Of a stretch of DNA of 64,000 nucleotides, positions 38,442-48,497 are shown piece after piece (the stretch's first letter is position 1; every line of letters begins with the position of its first letter). Below the pieces are notes generated by a model. That model did no database searches. It was not told where the DNA came from and was given only the letters and a program-made list of their open reading frames with translations. The DNA lies in IMG/VR virus record IMGVR_UViG_3300037560_000207, positions 96,001-160,000 of that record; one strand, given 5' to 3'. The position numbers were made by a program, and so were the translations under genes. The DNA is from a virus.

Positions 38442-40791
38442 GAAAACTTATATTCCTCTTCACGTACATTCGTACTACTCATTATTGGACGGACTTTGTT
38501 CTCCAAAAGATATCATTGATCGGTGTGTAGAACTAGAATTGCCAGCTTGCGCCGTCACGGACCATGGTACCATAGCATCGATGAAAGTATTTTATGATGC
38601 TGCTAAGAAAAAGAAGATTAAGCCTATCATCGGATGTGAATTATACATTTGTGAACAAGACCCTACTATAAAAAACAATACAAATAACAAACGACATCAT
38701 TTAATTGTTTTAGCAAAGAATGATCAAGGTATTAAAGATTTAATGTCATTGGTATCGGAGACCAATAAACCTGAATATTTTTATCGTAAACCACGAATTC
38801 ATTTGGAAGGTATTGCTCCATTTGCTAAGCAAGGTAATCTAATCTTTTTAACAGCATGTATCGCTGGACAATTACCAATGTCATTATTCACTGATTTTAA
38901 AGCAGCTATCATGGCAGGAAGAAATTATAATATTGCTGGGGCAAAAGAATATCTAAAACCTAATTGGAAAGAAGTTGGTAAGGAGATTATCTATAAACAT
39001 TTAGCTATTTTTGGAGAAGGTAACTTTTTTCTTGAACTTCAAGATGAAGGTATGGGAATTCAGGCTGTTGTGGTAGAATGCCTAAGAGAACTCAGCATAG
39101 AAACTGGAGTACCAACAGTAGCTACAATTGATGCTCATTATTGTCGAAAAGAAGATGCTGAAGATCAGAGACTTCTTCTGTTTGCTCAGCTTCACACAAC
39201 AAAAGAGGCTCAAGACTATAAAATAGCTAGTGGTTTAGATGTTATGGATTTCTTCATCTCAGACAACTATTATATCCCTTCTAATGAAGAAATGCGACAG
39301 AAATTTACTGAGAATGAGCTTAAAACCACCCTTGACATAGCAGATCAAATTGAATATTCGTCATTGGGACATTCACCTTATTTGCCTATCTTTACTAATG
39401 ATGAAGCAAAAAAGCTCGGACTTGATTCAAATGATTATCTGAGATATCTTTGTATAGAAGGTGCTAAAAAGAAATTGACACATCTTGATCCAGCGCAAAA
39501 GAAATTATATTGGAAGAGATTACAAAGAGAACTTATCGTAATTCAAGAAGCAGGATTAGCTGATTATTTTTTGATTGTTTGGGATGTATGTCGATTTGTG
39601 GATGAAAAGAATGGACCAAGGGGTAAGGGAAGAGGTTCTGGCGCTGGTTCACTGGTAAATTACCTTACTGGAATTACCGGCATTGATCCTATCGAATATG
39701 GATTATACTTTGAAAGATTTTATAATTCAGGCCGTAATATTCTACCCCATTTTGATGTCGGGCAAATGGATTTTATGGCATGGATGTCAGATAATTTTGA
39801 ATTACTTCATACCCGCGATATAGATAATGAACGCAAGTTTGTGTCCAGACATTTAGCCGGACGGATAAAGCAGAATAAGGGGGGATGTTATGAATTTACA
39901 TTCACAGATATAATGCGAGAAGAAGTTGAATGGATTGATGAAAATAATTCTCGTATGTGGATGTACTTATATGATATGATTCAAGAAAAGCCAGCAGCTA
40001 ATCCTTCAAATTCTCATCTTGCATATGGTCTTGGTATGACATTGGCAGGTCCAGATGAATTAGATATAAATCGTAAAGTTAAAACACATAAGGGTCATAT
40101 TAGTCTTCCCGATATTGATACAGATATAGGAGTGGTTTTTCGTAATGAAGTAATTACTTACCTCAAAAAACGATGGGGAGATGAATATGTAGCTCAAATG
40201 ATCACATTTGGTAGACTTCAAGGTAAAGCGGCTCTTAAAGAAGTATTTCGTGCTCAACCAGATACCGTAAGACATTTAATGAGAGTCAAGGCTGTCAAAG
40301 AAGGAAAAGATGCGGATGATATTCACATGACTCCACATGATCTGTGTAATGATATTACACAATATATTCCAGATGAAGCATCAATTGCTGATGAATTGAG
40401 GCAAGCGCGATTAGAACAAGGAGATGACTATGGAATTCTACAATGGGCGATTCATCATACAGAACAAGTGCGAGATGCATATGAGTGGTATAAGCCATTA
40501 TTTGATCAAGCCATGAGAATCGAAGGAACTAAAAAATCTCAATCGAAACATGCTGCTGGTGTGGTAATTGCTGATAGACCAATCGAGGAATTAGTACCAT
40601 TGGTTTATGATGCAAAGAATAAAGATCGTGTTGTTGGTTTAGAAATGTATAATGCTGAAGATATGGGTGCTGTAAAATTTGATTTTCTTGGTGTAGTAGC
40701 GCTGGATAAATTATGGATGGCTCAGGATTTGATTAATAATTGTAATAACGAGGAAGTGTTAAAAGAGGGATTAGTAGAGGTAATAGAATGA
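38434..40791 (+). CDS. dnaE: DNA polymerase III alpha subunit, N-terminal half (PHP + palm/thumb)
   Basis: LHVHSYYSLLDG, TDHG, DAHY, GRGSGAGSLV, FERF, PDIDTD, HAAGVVI, VKFDFLG; ends shortly after KFDFLG. Confidence 0.92.
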   Translation: MSKKTYIPLHVHSYYSLLDGLCSPKDIIDRCVELELPACAVTDHGTIASMKVFYDAAKKKKIKPIIGCELYICEQDPTIKNNTNNKRHHLIVLAKNDQGIKDLMSLVSETNKPEYFYRKPRIHLEGIAPFAKQGNLIFLTACIAGQLPMSLFTDFKAAIMAGRNYNIAGAKEYLKPNWKEVGKEIIYKHLAIFGEGNFFLELQDEGMGIQAVVVECLRELSIETGVPTVATIDAHYCRKEDAEDQRLLLFAQLHTTKEAQDYKIASGLDVMDFFISDNYYIPSNEEMRQKFTENELKTTLDIADQIEYSSLGHSPYLPIFTNDEAKKLGLDSNDYLRYLCIEGAKKKLTHLDPAQKKLYWKRLQRELIVIQEAGLADYFLIVWDVCRFVDEKNGPRGKGRGSGAGSLVNYLTGITGIDPIEYGLYFERFYNSGRNILPHFDVGQMDFMAWMSDNFELLHTRDIDNERKFVSRHLAGRIKQNKGGCYEFTFTDIMREEVEWIDENNSRMWMYLYDMIQEKPAANPSNSHLAYGLGMTLAGPDELDINRKVKTHKGHISLPDIDTDIGVVFRNEVITYLKKRWGDEYVAQMITFGRLQGKAALKEVFRAQPDTVRHLMRVKAVKEGKDADDIHMTPHDLCNDITQYIPDEASIADELRQARLEQGDDYGILQWAIHHTEQVRDAYEWYKPLFDQAMRIEGTKKSQSKHAAGVVIADRPIEELVPLVYDAKNKDRVVGLEMYNAEDMGAVKFDFLGVVALDKLWMAQDLINNCNNEEVLKEGLVEVIE

Positions 40792-41363
40792 ATCGTATTT
40801 TTCTAGATGTTGGTTCCCATCATGGACAAACAATAGAATTCATGTTACAACCACGATTCAAGATAGATTGCATTTTCGGATTTGATCCATCACCATTGTG
40901 CCATGATATTCTGGAACGAAAATTCAGAGCTAATCCGAAAGTTACTATAGTTAAAGCTGGACTGTGGTCTAAGACATGTGAAATGGACCTACATAACGAA
41001 GGTAGTCAAGGGGGTAGTGTCTACGAAGACTATCAGACAACATGTAATCCAGAACCTCGTATCACCCACTGCAAATTCATTAAGGCTTCGGACTGGTTTA
41101 TTGAGTATGTGTCTTCAGATGATGAAGTATTTTTGAAAATTAATGCAGAAGGAAGTGAATGTGAGATCGTTTTAGATTTATTAGATTCTGGTGAATATAA
41201 TAAAGTTAAAGCACTGCTGATAGATTTCGATATCCGTAAGAGTCCATCTCAGAAACACAAAGAAGATGAATTAAGAGAACGAATGAAGGCGATGGGTATC
41301 AATAATCTTCATATCTATATGGGTGATAATCGACATATTATTCTATTCTCTGTTGTGCGATAA
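40788..41363 (+). CDS. FkbM-family methyltransferase
   Basis: FLDVGSHHG, FDP, LKINAEGSE. Confidence 0.85.
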   Translation: MNRIFLDVGSHHGQTIEFMLQPRFKIDCIFGFDPSPLCHDILERKFRANPKVTIVKAGLWSKTCEMDLHNEGSQGGSVYEDYQTTCNPEPRITHCKFIKASDWFIEYVSSDDEVFLKINAEGSECEIVLDLLDSGEYNKVKALLIDFDIRKSPSQKHKEDELRERMKAMGINNLHIYMGDNRHIILFSVVR

Positions 41364-41372
41364 AGGAAAATA

Positions 41373-42122
41373 ATGACAAAACCTAAGATATGGATTTACT
41401 GGGATCATCCATTGGGACAAACAGAAACACCGGCTTACATACAATTATGTTGGGAGACTATCAAAAAGTATTGTGGCACAGACTTTGATATTCATTTAGT
41501 AACTACTGAAAATGTGAGACAATTTTTGCCTAATATATCTGAGAGTTTTTTCCACATTGCACAGATCAATAATAAATCAAATTTTTTACGATATACATTA
41601 TTGAAAGAACATGGCGGCATCTGGCTAGATAGTGACTTGATTTTGTTTCAAAGCCTAAAACCAATGCTTGACTTATTAGAAGATGACATTGATCTGGTGG
41701 CAACTGCTTCTCCAACACTTAAGTACGGAGAACCTGAATGTGGATTTTTACTATCAACAAAAGGTGGAACAGTAATAACCAAAGCTGTTTCTATCATTGA
41801 GTATGCTTTGAGCCTTCAAAAACCAGGACATATTTTTAAATGGGGATCATTGGGGCCAAGAACGATTCGCCAAGCCGTAAAAGGTCGTAGATATCATCAT
41901 CTCGATTATCGTTTATTAATGCCTATTCCATCATGGGAAGCTTATCGATTCGGTGGCAAAGAATCAATGGGAAAATGCTGTATTGAAGGATCATATGGTT
42001 GTATGCTTTTCCATGAAATGTTTAAACAATATAACCATCCAATTCTACGAATGAATCGTCAACAATTACTTGAATCACCAATCCTCTTAGGGAAGATGTT
42101 CAGAAAGGCAGTTACAAGCTGA
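41373..42122 (+). CDS. DXD glycosyltransferase (capsular polysaccharide synthesis/GT32-like)
   Basis: IWIYW...P.YI.LC, SNFLRY.LL..HGGIWLDSD, WG.LGP. Confidence 0.85.
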   Translation: MTKPKIWIYWDHPLGQTETPAYIQLCWETIKKYCGTDFDIHLVTTENVRQFLPNISESFFHIAQINNKSNFLRYTLLKEHGGIWLDSDLILFQSLKPMLDLLEDDIDLVATASPTLKYGEPECGFLLSTKGGTVITKAVSIIEYALSLQKPGHIFKWGSLGPRTIRQAVKGRRYHHLDYRLLMPIPSWEAYRFGGKESMGKCCIEGSYGCMLFHEMFKQYNHPILRMNRQQLLESPILLGKMFRKAVTS

Positions 42123-43072
42123 TGAAGATTAGAGCGACAATAGTACATATATCTACTCCGCTGAGAATGCGACCAATTGTTGCAACACTAATAAGGCATG
42201 GGCATGTATTCACTGACCAAAAGATTCCAGATGCCGATTTGTGGCTGGTTGATTGTATGCATCCTCACAAGATAGATGATGCCACTATTGAAGAATTGAT
42301 TCAATTTCGTGGACAAATCATGCTTGTATCTCTCGGTGATTGGAGTTCATTCAACACGCAAATGGAGGGTAAAGGTCTTCCTGATGAAGTAATCGATAAA
42401 GTGGTAGCATTTGCAAAAATTCAATGGACTCTTGAGATTACCGATTATGATCCTCGCATTATAGGCAAACAGATTATAATGCAACCATTTTTAATTAGTG
42501 GTCTCCCAGAACCGATGACCAGCAAAAAGCCTATAGCATCATTCTATGGATTACCAACTGGTGATCTAGAAACAGAAAAAAATCTACGCATTAGGGCTTG
42601 TCGAATACTGAAAAATAAATCATGGTTCCAAGGTGGTATTGTAGGACAGGAACCTGGTGCGCAACGAAACATATCAGGGGTTGAAATTGGACATAGACCT
42701 CGCCCATTCTATCTTAATTCTATTAACCAATCACTTGTGTCATTATGTATGCCTGGAAACAGTATCTTGACTTATCGTCATTTCGAAAGTATGGGGATGA
42801 AATCATGCGTTGTTTCCTGTTGTCTAAATCAATTCAGATGGTTAAATCGCATGGTTCCAGGACAGCACTATTTGGATATTTTACCAGATTTATCTAATCT
42901 GCTAGATGTTTGTGAACAGGCTATTTCTGACAAAAAGACCACGTTGCAAATCGCACAGAAGGGATATGATTTGTATCAAGCGTACTATCGTCTATTACCA
43001 GACGGTAGTATGACAGATGCAATGTGGGCTGACATTACACAACAGTGGAAACAAATGGGGATACAGATATAA
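42122..43072 (+). CDS. glycosyltransferase-like protein (GT-B C-terminal domain)
   Basis: SLCMPG...YRHFE.M, PG.HY....PDLS.L, IAQ.G. Confidence 0.55.
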   Translation: MKIRATIVHISTPLRMRPIVATLIRHGHVFTDQKIPDADLWLVDCMHPHKIDDATIEELIQFRGQIMLVSLGDWSSFNTQMEGKGLPDEVIDKVVAFAKIQWTLEITDYDPRIIGKQIIMQPFLISGLPEPMTSKKPIASFYGLPTGDLETEKNLRIRACRILKNKSWFQGGIVGQEPGAQRNISGVEIGHRPRPFYLNSINQSLVSLCMPGNSILTYRHFESMGMKSCVVSCCLNQFRWLNRMVPGQHYLDILPDLSNLLDVCEQAISDKKTTLQIAQKGYDLYQAYYRLLPDGSMTDAMWADITQQWKQMGIQI

Positions 43073-43904
43073 TGTATGATGAAAGTAAAATGTGCTTTAT
43101 GACAGTAGCCAATGAATTATACCAGGAATATATACCGTGGTTTCTATATTTTTTAGATATGGCATATCCCAAAGCACACAAACTCATACTATTAGATGGC
43201 ATAATTACAGATGATGTAAAACAGGTATTATCATCAATATCTGGTAATTTTAAAATTAAAGAGCAGGCATTTCCCGAATATACAAAAACTGATGCTAAAA
43301 CCATTAAGTGTTTAAGATGGCTAGTATATGAGCCTGAGTTTAATCAATACGATTGCCTATCAATTGGCGACATTGATATGGCAATTTGAAAGAATCCCCA
43401 TCTTATATGCAACAACATTTGACACATTGTGATTTACTCAATATACCTTACAGTAATTGCATTCGCGCAGATTCTAAACCTAAACGAATGTGCGGAATAC
43501 ATATTGTTAAACCACGGGAATGGTTTAAGGCAATGAGACCAATTATTGATAAATATCGTCCAATGCTCAAAGCCGGTGAAATAAAATTATCATCAATAGG
43601 ATTCAACGAAATATTATTATTGCGTATGATAATAGAATCAAATCTTGGTGAACCACCACCCAACTTATCTCCAACTTATTGGTCTTCTATGGTTACATCA
43701 CATCATCATGGAATTCATCTTCAATTGGCTCAACACTCAATTGATAAATTTAAAAAATCCAAAGGATATACCAAACGAAAATCAGAATTTCTTGCTGCTT
43801 GTCGAACTGACTTATTCAATGAATTACGAATACAATCACCTAAAATTGGTTCAGTGCTAAATTCGATCGCTAAATCTTACGACCCTAAAGGAGCTATCAA
43901 ATGA
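43072..43904 (+). pseudogene. GT-A-like glycosyltransferase split by a 1-nt frameshift
   Basis: IGDIDMAI* at 43389 continues as LKESPSYMQQH..PYSN..R...R.CG.H in the -1 frame; ATT-TGA versus ATT-TTG. Confidence 0.6.
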
Positions 43905-44614
43905 ATGGAATATTTTATGTTGCTTTTGGTAAACAATATGACTATCAATGCACTCATTCAGTTATTTTGGTAAGAAAGTATAGTGATATTCCAGTTAGGG
44001 TAATAACCGACCTTGCTGTTGACCAAAGGTGTAAAAAATGGGATAATGTATCGAACGTATCTTTTGAAAAAGTGAATGCTGAACGAAATAAAAATAGATA
44101 TTACAAAATTCGACCAGATTTATTCTCGCCGTTTGATATCACACTGTTCTGCGATACTGACACCGCTGTTCAGTCAGCAGAATTTTTAGATGGATTTGCC
44201 ATAGCACAAAATCATGATGTAATGTTTTCTGTCTATCAACGAATTGGGAAGGGTGGGCATGGTCTGCCTATGGTGTGGTTATATGGGAAGTTTATGAAAC
44301 CAGAAAACTATCCGGCAACTATCTATAAGGAAGGCGTTTTCTTTTTCCGTAAAACCGAGAATACTAGAAAATTGTTTGAGGCATGGGAGAATTACTGGAG
44401 ATTACTTGGTTGTGGGCGAGATATGCCGGCATTGTTTCCTGCGACAACAAAAGCAACAAATTTGAATCTTGGCATTTTACCCCCAGGTTGGGACAATAGA
44501 GATGGACATATTATAGTTCATGCGTTTGGTAACTATAAAACGAAAGGTCTGCCGATCATTACCAAATATAAACCTGATGACAAGAACCAAAATAAATGGA
44601 GGGATATAAAATGA
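43901..44614 (+). CDS. GT-A (GT8-like) glycosyltransferase
   Basis: YVAFG, SPFD.TLFCDTD (DxD), GVFFF..T, DM.AL. Confidence 0.7.
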   Translation: MNGIFYVAFGKQYDYQCTHSVILVRKYSDIPVRVITDLAVDQRCKKWDNVSNVSFEKVNAERNKNRYYKIRPDLFSPFDITLFCDTDTAVQSAEFLDGFAIAQNHDVMFSVYQRIGKGGHGLPMVWLYGKFMKPENYPATIYKEGVFFFRKTENTRKLFEAWENYWRLLGCGRDMPALFPATTKATNLNLGILPPGWDNRDGHIIVHAFGNYKTKGLPIITKYKPDDKNQNKWRDIK

Positions 44615-45240
44615 ATCAACTTCATCTCAGTAGGTGTAACCGTTATTTGTTTTTTGCAGAGAATGTTCTTCCGAAGAAACCAATCTTTATTGATGTTGGA
44701 TCAAGAACTGGTATTCATGCCATTGCTCTTCTAGAAAAATTCAAAAGTTTAATTATTGTTTATGAGGCATGTGCGAAAAACTATCATACTTTGTGTCAAG
44801 CTGTATCTGGATCAACAATTGTTACTCATCAATCAGCCGTGACCGGAAAAGATGGTGAAATTGATTTCTTTAGATTTGCTAGTGCATCTTCCAACAGTAT
44901 TTATCCAAGACATCAGAAAGAAGTAGGCATGAAATTACAACAGCAGACTAAAGTTAAATCGGTTAGTATAGAATCTATATTGACAGCAAACGATCTTTCT
45001 CACATAGATATTCTATTTTGTAATTGTGAAGGTGCAGAACTTGGAATAATAAACGAAATTTTGAGCAAACCCCATTTACGAAATCGATTGGGGCAACTTT
45101 GTATTTCTTTTCACGGTGAAAGAATTTATCCACAAGCACAAACAGTTAATGCTATTGAAAAAATGTCTGTATATTTTTTGGTAATTACAGAGAACAACGA
45201 TTATCCATGTCATCTATTCGTCAATAAAAATCTTGTGTAA
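44611..45240 (+). CDS. FkbM-family methyltransferase
   Basis: FIDVGSRTG, YEA, ILF.NCEGAE. Confidence 0.8.
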   Translation: MNQLHLSRCNRYLFFAENVLPKKPIFIDVGSRTGIHAIALLEKFKSLIIVYEACAKNYHTLCQAVSGSTIVTHQSAVTGKDGEIDFFRFASASSNSIYPRHQKEVGMKLQQQTKVKSVSIESILTANDLSHIDILFCNCEGAELGIINEILSKPHLRNRLGQLCISFHGERIYPQAQTVNAIEKMSVYFLVITENNDYPCHLFVNKNLV

Positions 45241-45270
45241 GTAATAGATTATTCTAAAAAGGAATGGAAA

Positions 45271-45867
45271 ATGGTTAAGTCTCGTTATATTGTACGAAAT
45301 GATCCGACAGTAAATTCTGTTGGACGGCATAGTCTTCCTATAAAATCAAGATGGAGTCGTCCATATGAATATAAATTTGCCATGATATGGGCAAAGCCTG
45401 GACTTCGGATGGTAGATGCCGCATCTGGTGGTGGAACACATCCATTCTGCCATTACTTAGCAGATATTGCACCAGGATTAGTTATTGCCGTAGATCAAAC
45501 TATATGGTCTGTTGAAGAAAATTCAGGTCTTGTATATCATCAAACTTCAATGACGAATATACCACTAGATCAAAACTCGGTGGATATAGTGTTTAGTATT
45601 TCGGTTATAGAACATTGTACGAACGAAGTAATCAAGAATTTCTTTGCCGAAACTACAAGAATTCTGAAAACTGGAGGGCTGTTCATTATTACACAAAATA
45701 CGGGTTCTGTATATCCAGGCAGAACACCATCATGGTCAGCACAAGAACTTAGCAAAGCTGGATTCTTTTATGAACAACTTACAAAAAGTAATAATATACC
45801 AGATGATGCAATTACAAAATATCAGCCGCCAAGATGGTGTTATCGTTGGGCATGTAAAAAACTCTAG
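45271..45867 (+). CDS. class I SAM-dependent methyltransferase
   Basis: VDAASGGG, AVD, SVDIVFSISVIEH, RILK.GG.FI. Confidence 0.85.
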   Translation: MVKSRYIVRNDPTVNSVGRHSLPIKSRWSRPYEYKFAMIWAKPGLRMVDAASGGGTHPFCHYLADIAPGLVIAVDQTIWSVEENSGLVYHQTSMTNIPLDQNSVDIVFSISVIEHCTNEVIKNFFAETTRILKTGGLFIITQNTGSVYPGRTPSWSAQELSKAGFFYEQLTKSNNIPDDAITKYQPPRWCYRWACKKL

Positions 45868-45898
45868 TAAAACAATATGATTGATTTGGAGGTATAAT
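45868..45898 (+). promoter_or_regulatory. class-1-like promoter for the dnaE C-half
   Basis: TAAAAC-N17-GGTATAAT; ATG lies 7 nt after the -10 element. Confidence 0.5.
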
Positions 45899-45904
45899 AG
45901 GATA

Positions 45905-48496
45905 ATGATCGAGTTCGTGAATTGTGAATGTAAAGTCGAAAAGGGTGAATTCAATATCAACAATATCCCTCTTAATTGTCCTGCTGTATGGCGACTTATC
46001 GGGGGTGGTCATACAGTTGGAATTTTTCAACTTGAGACAAAATTAGGTCAAGATTGGGCTGCAAAGGTACGACCTGATAGTATTGAGGAATTAGCTGCCT
46101 TAGTGAGTCTTCTTCGACCCGGACCATTAGAATGTCTCAGTGGTGATACACATATTACAAAAGGAAGATTTTTTGATAAAAGGGTAAATAAATATAAATT
46201 TTCCTATGTAATCATGAAAGATTTATATGAAAAATTTTTATTTTGGGAAAAATCAAAACATAAAGGAAAAGCACAAAAAGGATTATCAATATTATCGGTA
46301 AATGAAGATACTAGGAAAATATTCAAAAATACCATTAAAAAAGTGATAAAAACCGGTACGCAAAAGGTTTATAAATTAAAACTAAAACTTACATTGTCAC
46401 GATATAATTATAATAGAAAACGATTTTATACAATAAAAGCCACAGACGGACATAGATTTTTAACACAAAACGGCTGGAAAGAACTCTGGGAATTATGTTC
46501 CGGTGATTACATAGCTGTTATCAACCAAAATTTTGGACGCATTGATAGAAAAGATAGAATGGCAATTGAGGGATTAAAGATTTTTAGAGATATTTGTTTA
46601 TTCAATTATCAATATAAATGCCTTTTCTGTAATTGGAATTTGGGAACATTAGATGTAAATCATATAAATGGAAATAGATATACTGACAATAGCCCAGATA
46701 ATCTATGTTTTTTATGCCCAAATCACCATAGAATGTATACAGAAGGAATGATAACACAGGATGACATATTACAAAAATTACCTGATGTAACGTTGCCCAA
46801 CAAAAATGACATAAGATGGGTTTTATATGAAGGGAAAGAAGATTGTGGTGAAGAAGAAACATATGATATTGCTGTCGATGGTCCATTCCAGAATTATATA
46901 GCGTCAAGTGTTATCGTACATAATTCAGGTATGTCACAAGATTATGCTGATATTAAATTTGGTCGCAAAAAACATTCCTATTTACATTCATCTTTAAAGT
47001 CAATTTTAGAATCAACTTATGGCTGTATGGTATTTCAAGAACAAGCGCTGCGCATTGCTACTGATGTGGCTGGATTTAATCCTATAGAGGCAGATACACT
47101 TCGAGCCGCAATCGGAAAGAAAAAGGCTGAACTTATGGCCAAATTAAAACCAAAATTTATTAAAGGATGTCAAAATCATAGTAAAATTGGTAGAGGTATA
47201 GCTGAAGAAATTTTTGGCTGGATTGAAAAATGTCAGCGCTACTCGTTTAATAAAAGTCACGCTTTAAGTTATGGGATGATTGCTTATCAAACCGCTTGGC
47301 TAAAATGTCATTTTCCACATGAATTTTTCACTAGTTATCTGACCTACTCTCAATATAAAGGTGACCCAAAAGAAGAAATTTATAAATTGGTACAGGATGC
47401 CAGATTATTTGGTGTTGATATTTTTCCCCCAGATATTCGGCGTGGTAATATTCACTTTCAAATGATTGAAGAACCTCAAAAAGGCGTAGCATTCGGTCTG
47501 GCGCATGTTAGGGGTGTCGGGGCTTCAGCAATCCAAAAGATCGTCTCAGCAGTCACGGAAACGTCAGAAATAAGCTCTCTGGAGACTTGGGGTAACTTTC
47601 TTTCAGCGGTTCCCGATTTTCATAGAGATGTAGGTATTGCTTTAATTAAATCCGGTGCTTGTGATTGTTATAATATGCAACGTAGTGAAATGGTGCGCGA
47701 ACTTGAAGTAGTATTAGGAACTACTGTCCATGATGAGACCGGAAAAAGAGTTGAAGCTAAAGGGTTGACAAATAAAGAGAAGCTTTACTTTTTCGAACAA
47801 CTCCGAAAGGACGAAATGACCACTAGAGACATTTTGTTACAAATGGCCCAACCTCCAGGAAACAAAACAAAGACTATAAGCCAAATGAATAAACAAGAAT
47901 TGGTAATAGCAGCCGTCGAATATCTTGATCAAGTTGCCGTTGCTTTTGATGGGGTGGTATATACTCCTGATGATTTAAAAAGCCAGACCAAAAAAGAAAT
48001 TGAGGAATTGATGCTACAAAATGGTTATAAGAATGTAGTAATCAAACCCCCATGTTCAAGTGATACCAGACGCAAAAAAGTAGCATCCAAAGCGGAAATG
48101 TTAGAAAATCCATTAGAAGATACTAATAGAGTAAGTTCTGTGGCAGAAAAGCATTTCTTAGGTATTGCTTTATCGTGTTCCCCGGCTGATGATGCAGATG
48201 ATAGTTTTGCAACCCATACTTGTTTAGAAATTGCCAAAGCATCAAACAATGAAGCTATTGCTGTTTGCGCAATTATTGATAATGTTAAATATACAAAAAC
48301 CAAGCGTGGACGTAATCCAGGTCAATCAATGTGCTTTTTAACGATGTCGGATTCTACTTACTCAATTGACGCTGTAGTATTTCCTGATGCATTTGAACGA
48401 TTAAAGGCATTTTGCAAAAATGATTTAATTTGTTTGATATATGGGGATAAGAAAAAAGGCAGTTTTATAATACGTGATATTCAAAAGTTAATTTAA
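45905..48496 (+). CDS. dnaE: DNA polymerase III alpha subunit, C-terminal half (fingers, HhH, OB) with intein
   Basis: G.T.GIFQLE, RPGP, YG.MVFQEQ, AD.LR.AIGKKK, FNKSHA..Y, AWLK.HFP, PDI, M.FL..SD.T..ID.VVFP. Confidence 0.92.
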   Translation: MIEFVNCECKVEKGEFNINNIPLNCPAVWRLIGGGHTVGIFQLETKLGQDWAAKVRPDSIEELAALVSLLRPGPLECLSGDTHITKGRFFDKRVNKYKFSYVIMKDLYEKFLFWEKSKHKGKAQKGLSILSVNEDTRKIFKNTIKKVIKTGTQKVYKLKLKLTLSRYNYNRKRFYTIKATDGHRFLTQNGWKELWELCSGDYIAVINQNFGRIDRKDRMAIEGLKIFRDICLFNYQYKCLFCNWNLGTLDVNHINGNRYTDNSPDNLCFLCPNHHRMYTEGMITQDDILQKLPDVTLPNKNDIRWVLYEGKEDCGEEETYDIAVDGPFQNYIASSVIVHNSGMSQDYADIKFGRKKHSYLHSSLKSILESTYGCMVFQEQALRIATDVAGFNPIEADTLRAAIGKKKAELMAKLKPKFIKGCQNHSKIGRGIAEEIFGWIEKCQRYSFNKSHALSYGMIAYQTAWLKCHFPHEFFTSYLTYSQYKGDPKEEIYKLVQDARLFGVDIFPPDIRRGNIHFQMIEEPQKGVAFGLAHVRGVGASAIQKIVSAVTETSEISSLETWGNFLSAVPDFHRDVGIALIKSGACDCYNMQRSEMVRELEVVLGTTVHDETGKRVEAKGLTNKEKLYFFEQLRKDEMTTRDILLQMAQPPGNKTKTISQMNKQELVIAAVEYLDQVAVAFDGVVYTPDDLKSQTKKEIEELMLQNGYKNVVIKPPCSSDTRRKKVASKAEMLENPLEDTNRVSSVAEKHFLGIALSCSPADDADDSFATHTCLEIAKASNNEAIAVCAIIDNVKYTKTKRGRNPGQSMCFLTMSDSTYSIDAVVFPDAFERLKAFCKNDLICLIYGDKKKGSFIIRDIQKLI
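46133..46924 (+). mobile_element. intein with HNH endonuclease in the dnaE C-half (264 aa)
   Basis: RPGPLE|CLSGDT...TYDIAV....NYIA..VIVHN|SGM; internal CLFC..DVNHING....N...NL..LCPNHH. Confidence 0.9.
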
Positions 48497-48497
48497 A

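Noticed and set aside
40700-45960. Split (trans-splicing) intein joining the dnaE halves
   Set aside because: The N-half tail has no CL/CF intein start, and the C-half has no short Int-C ending HN before the extein
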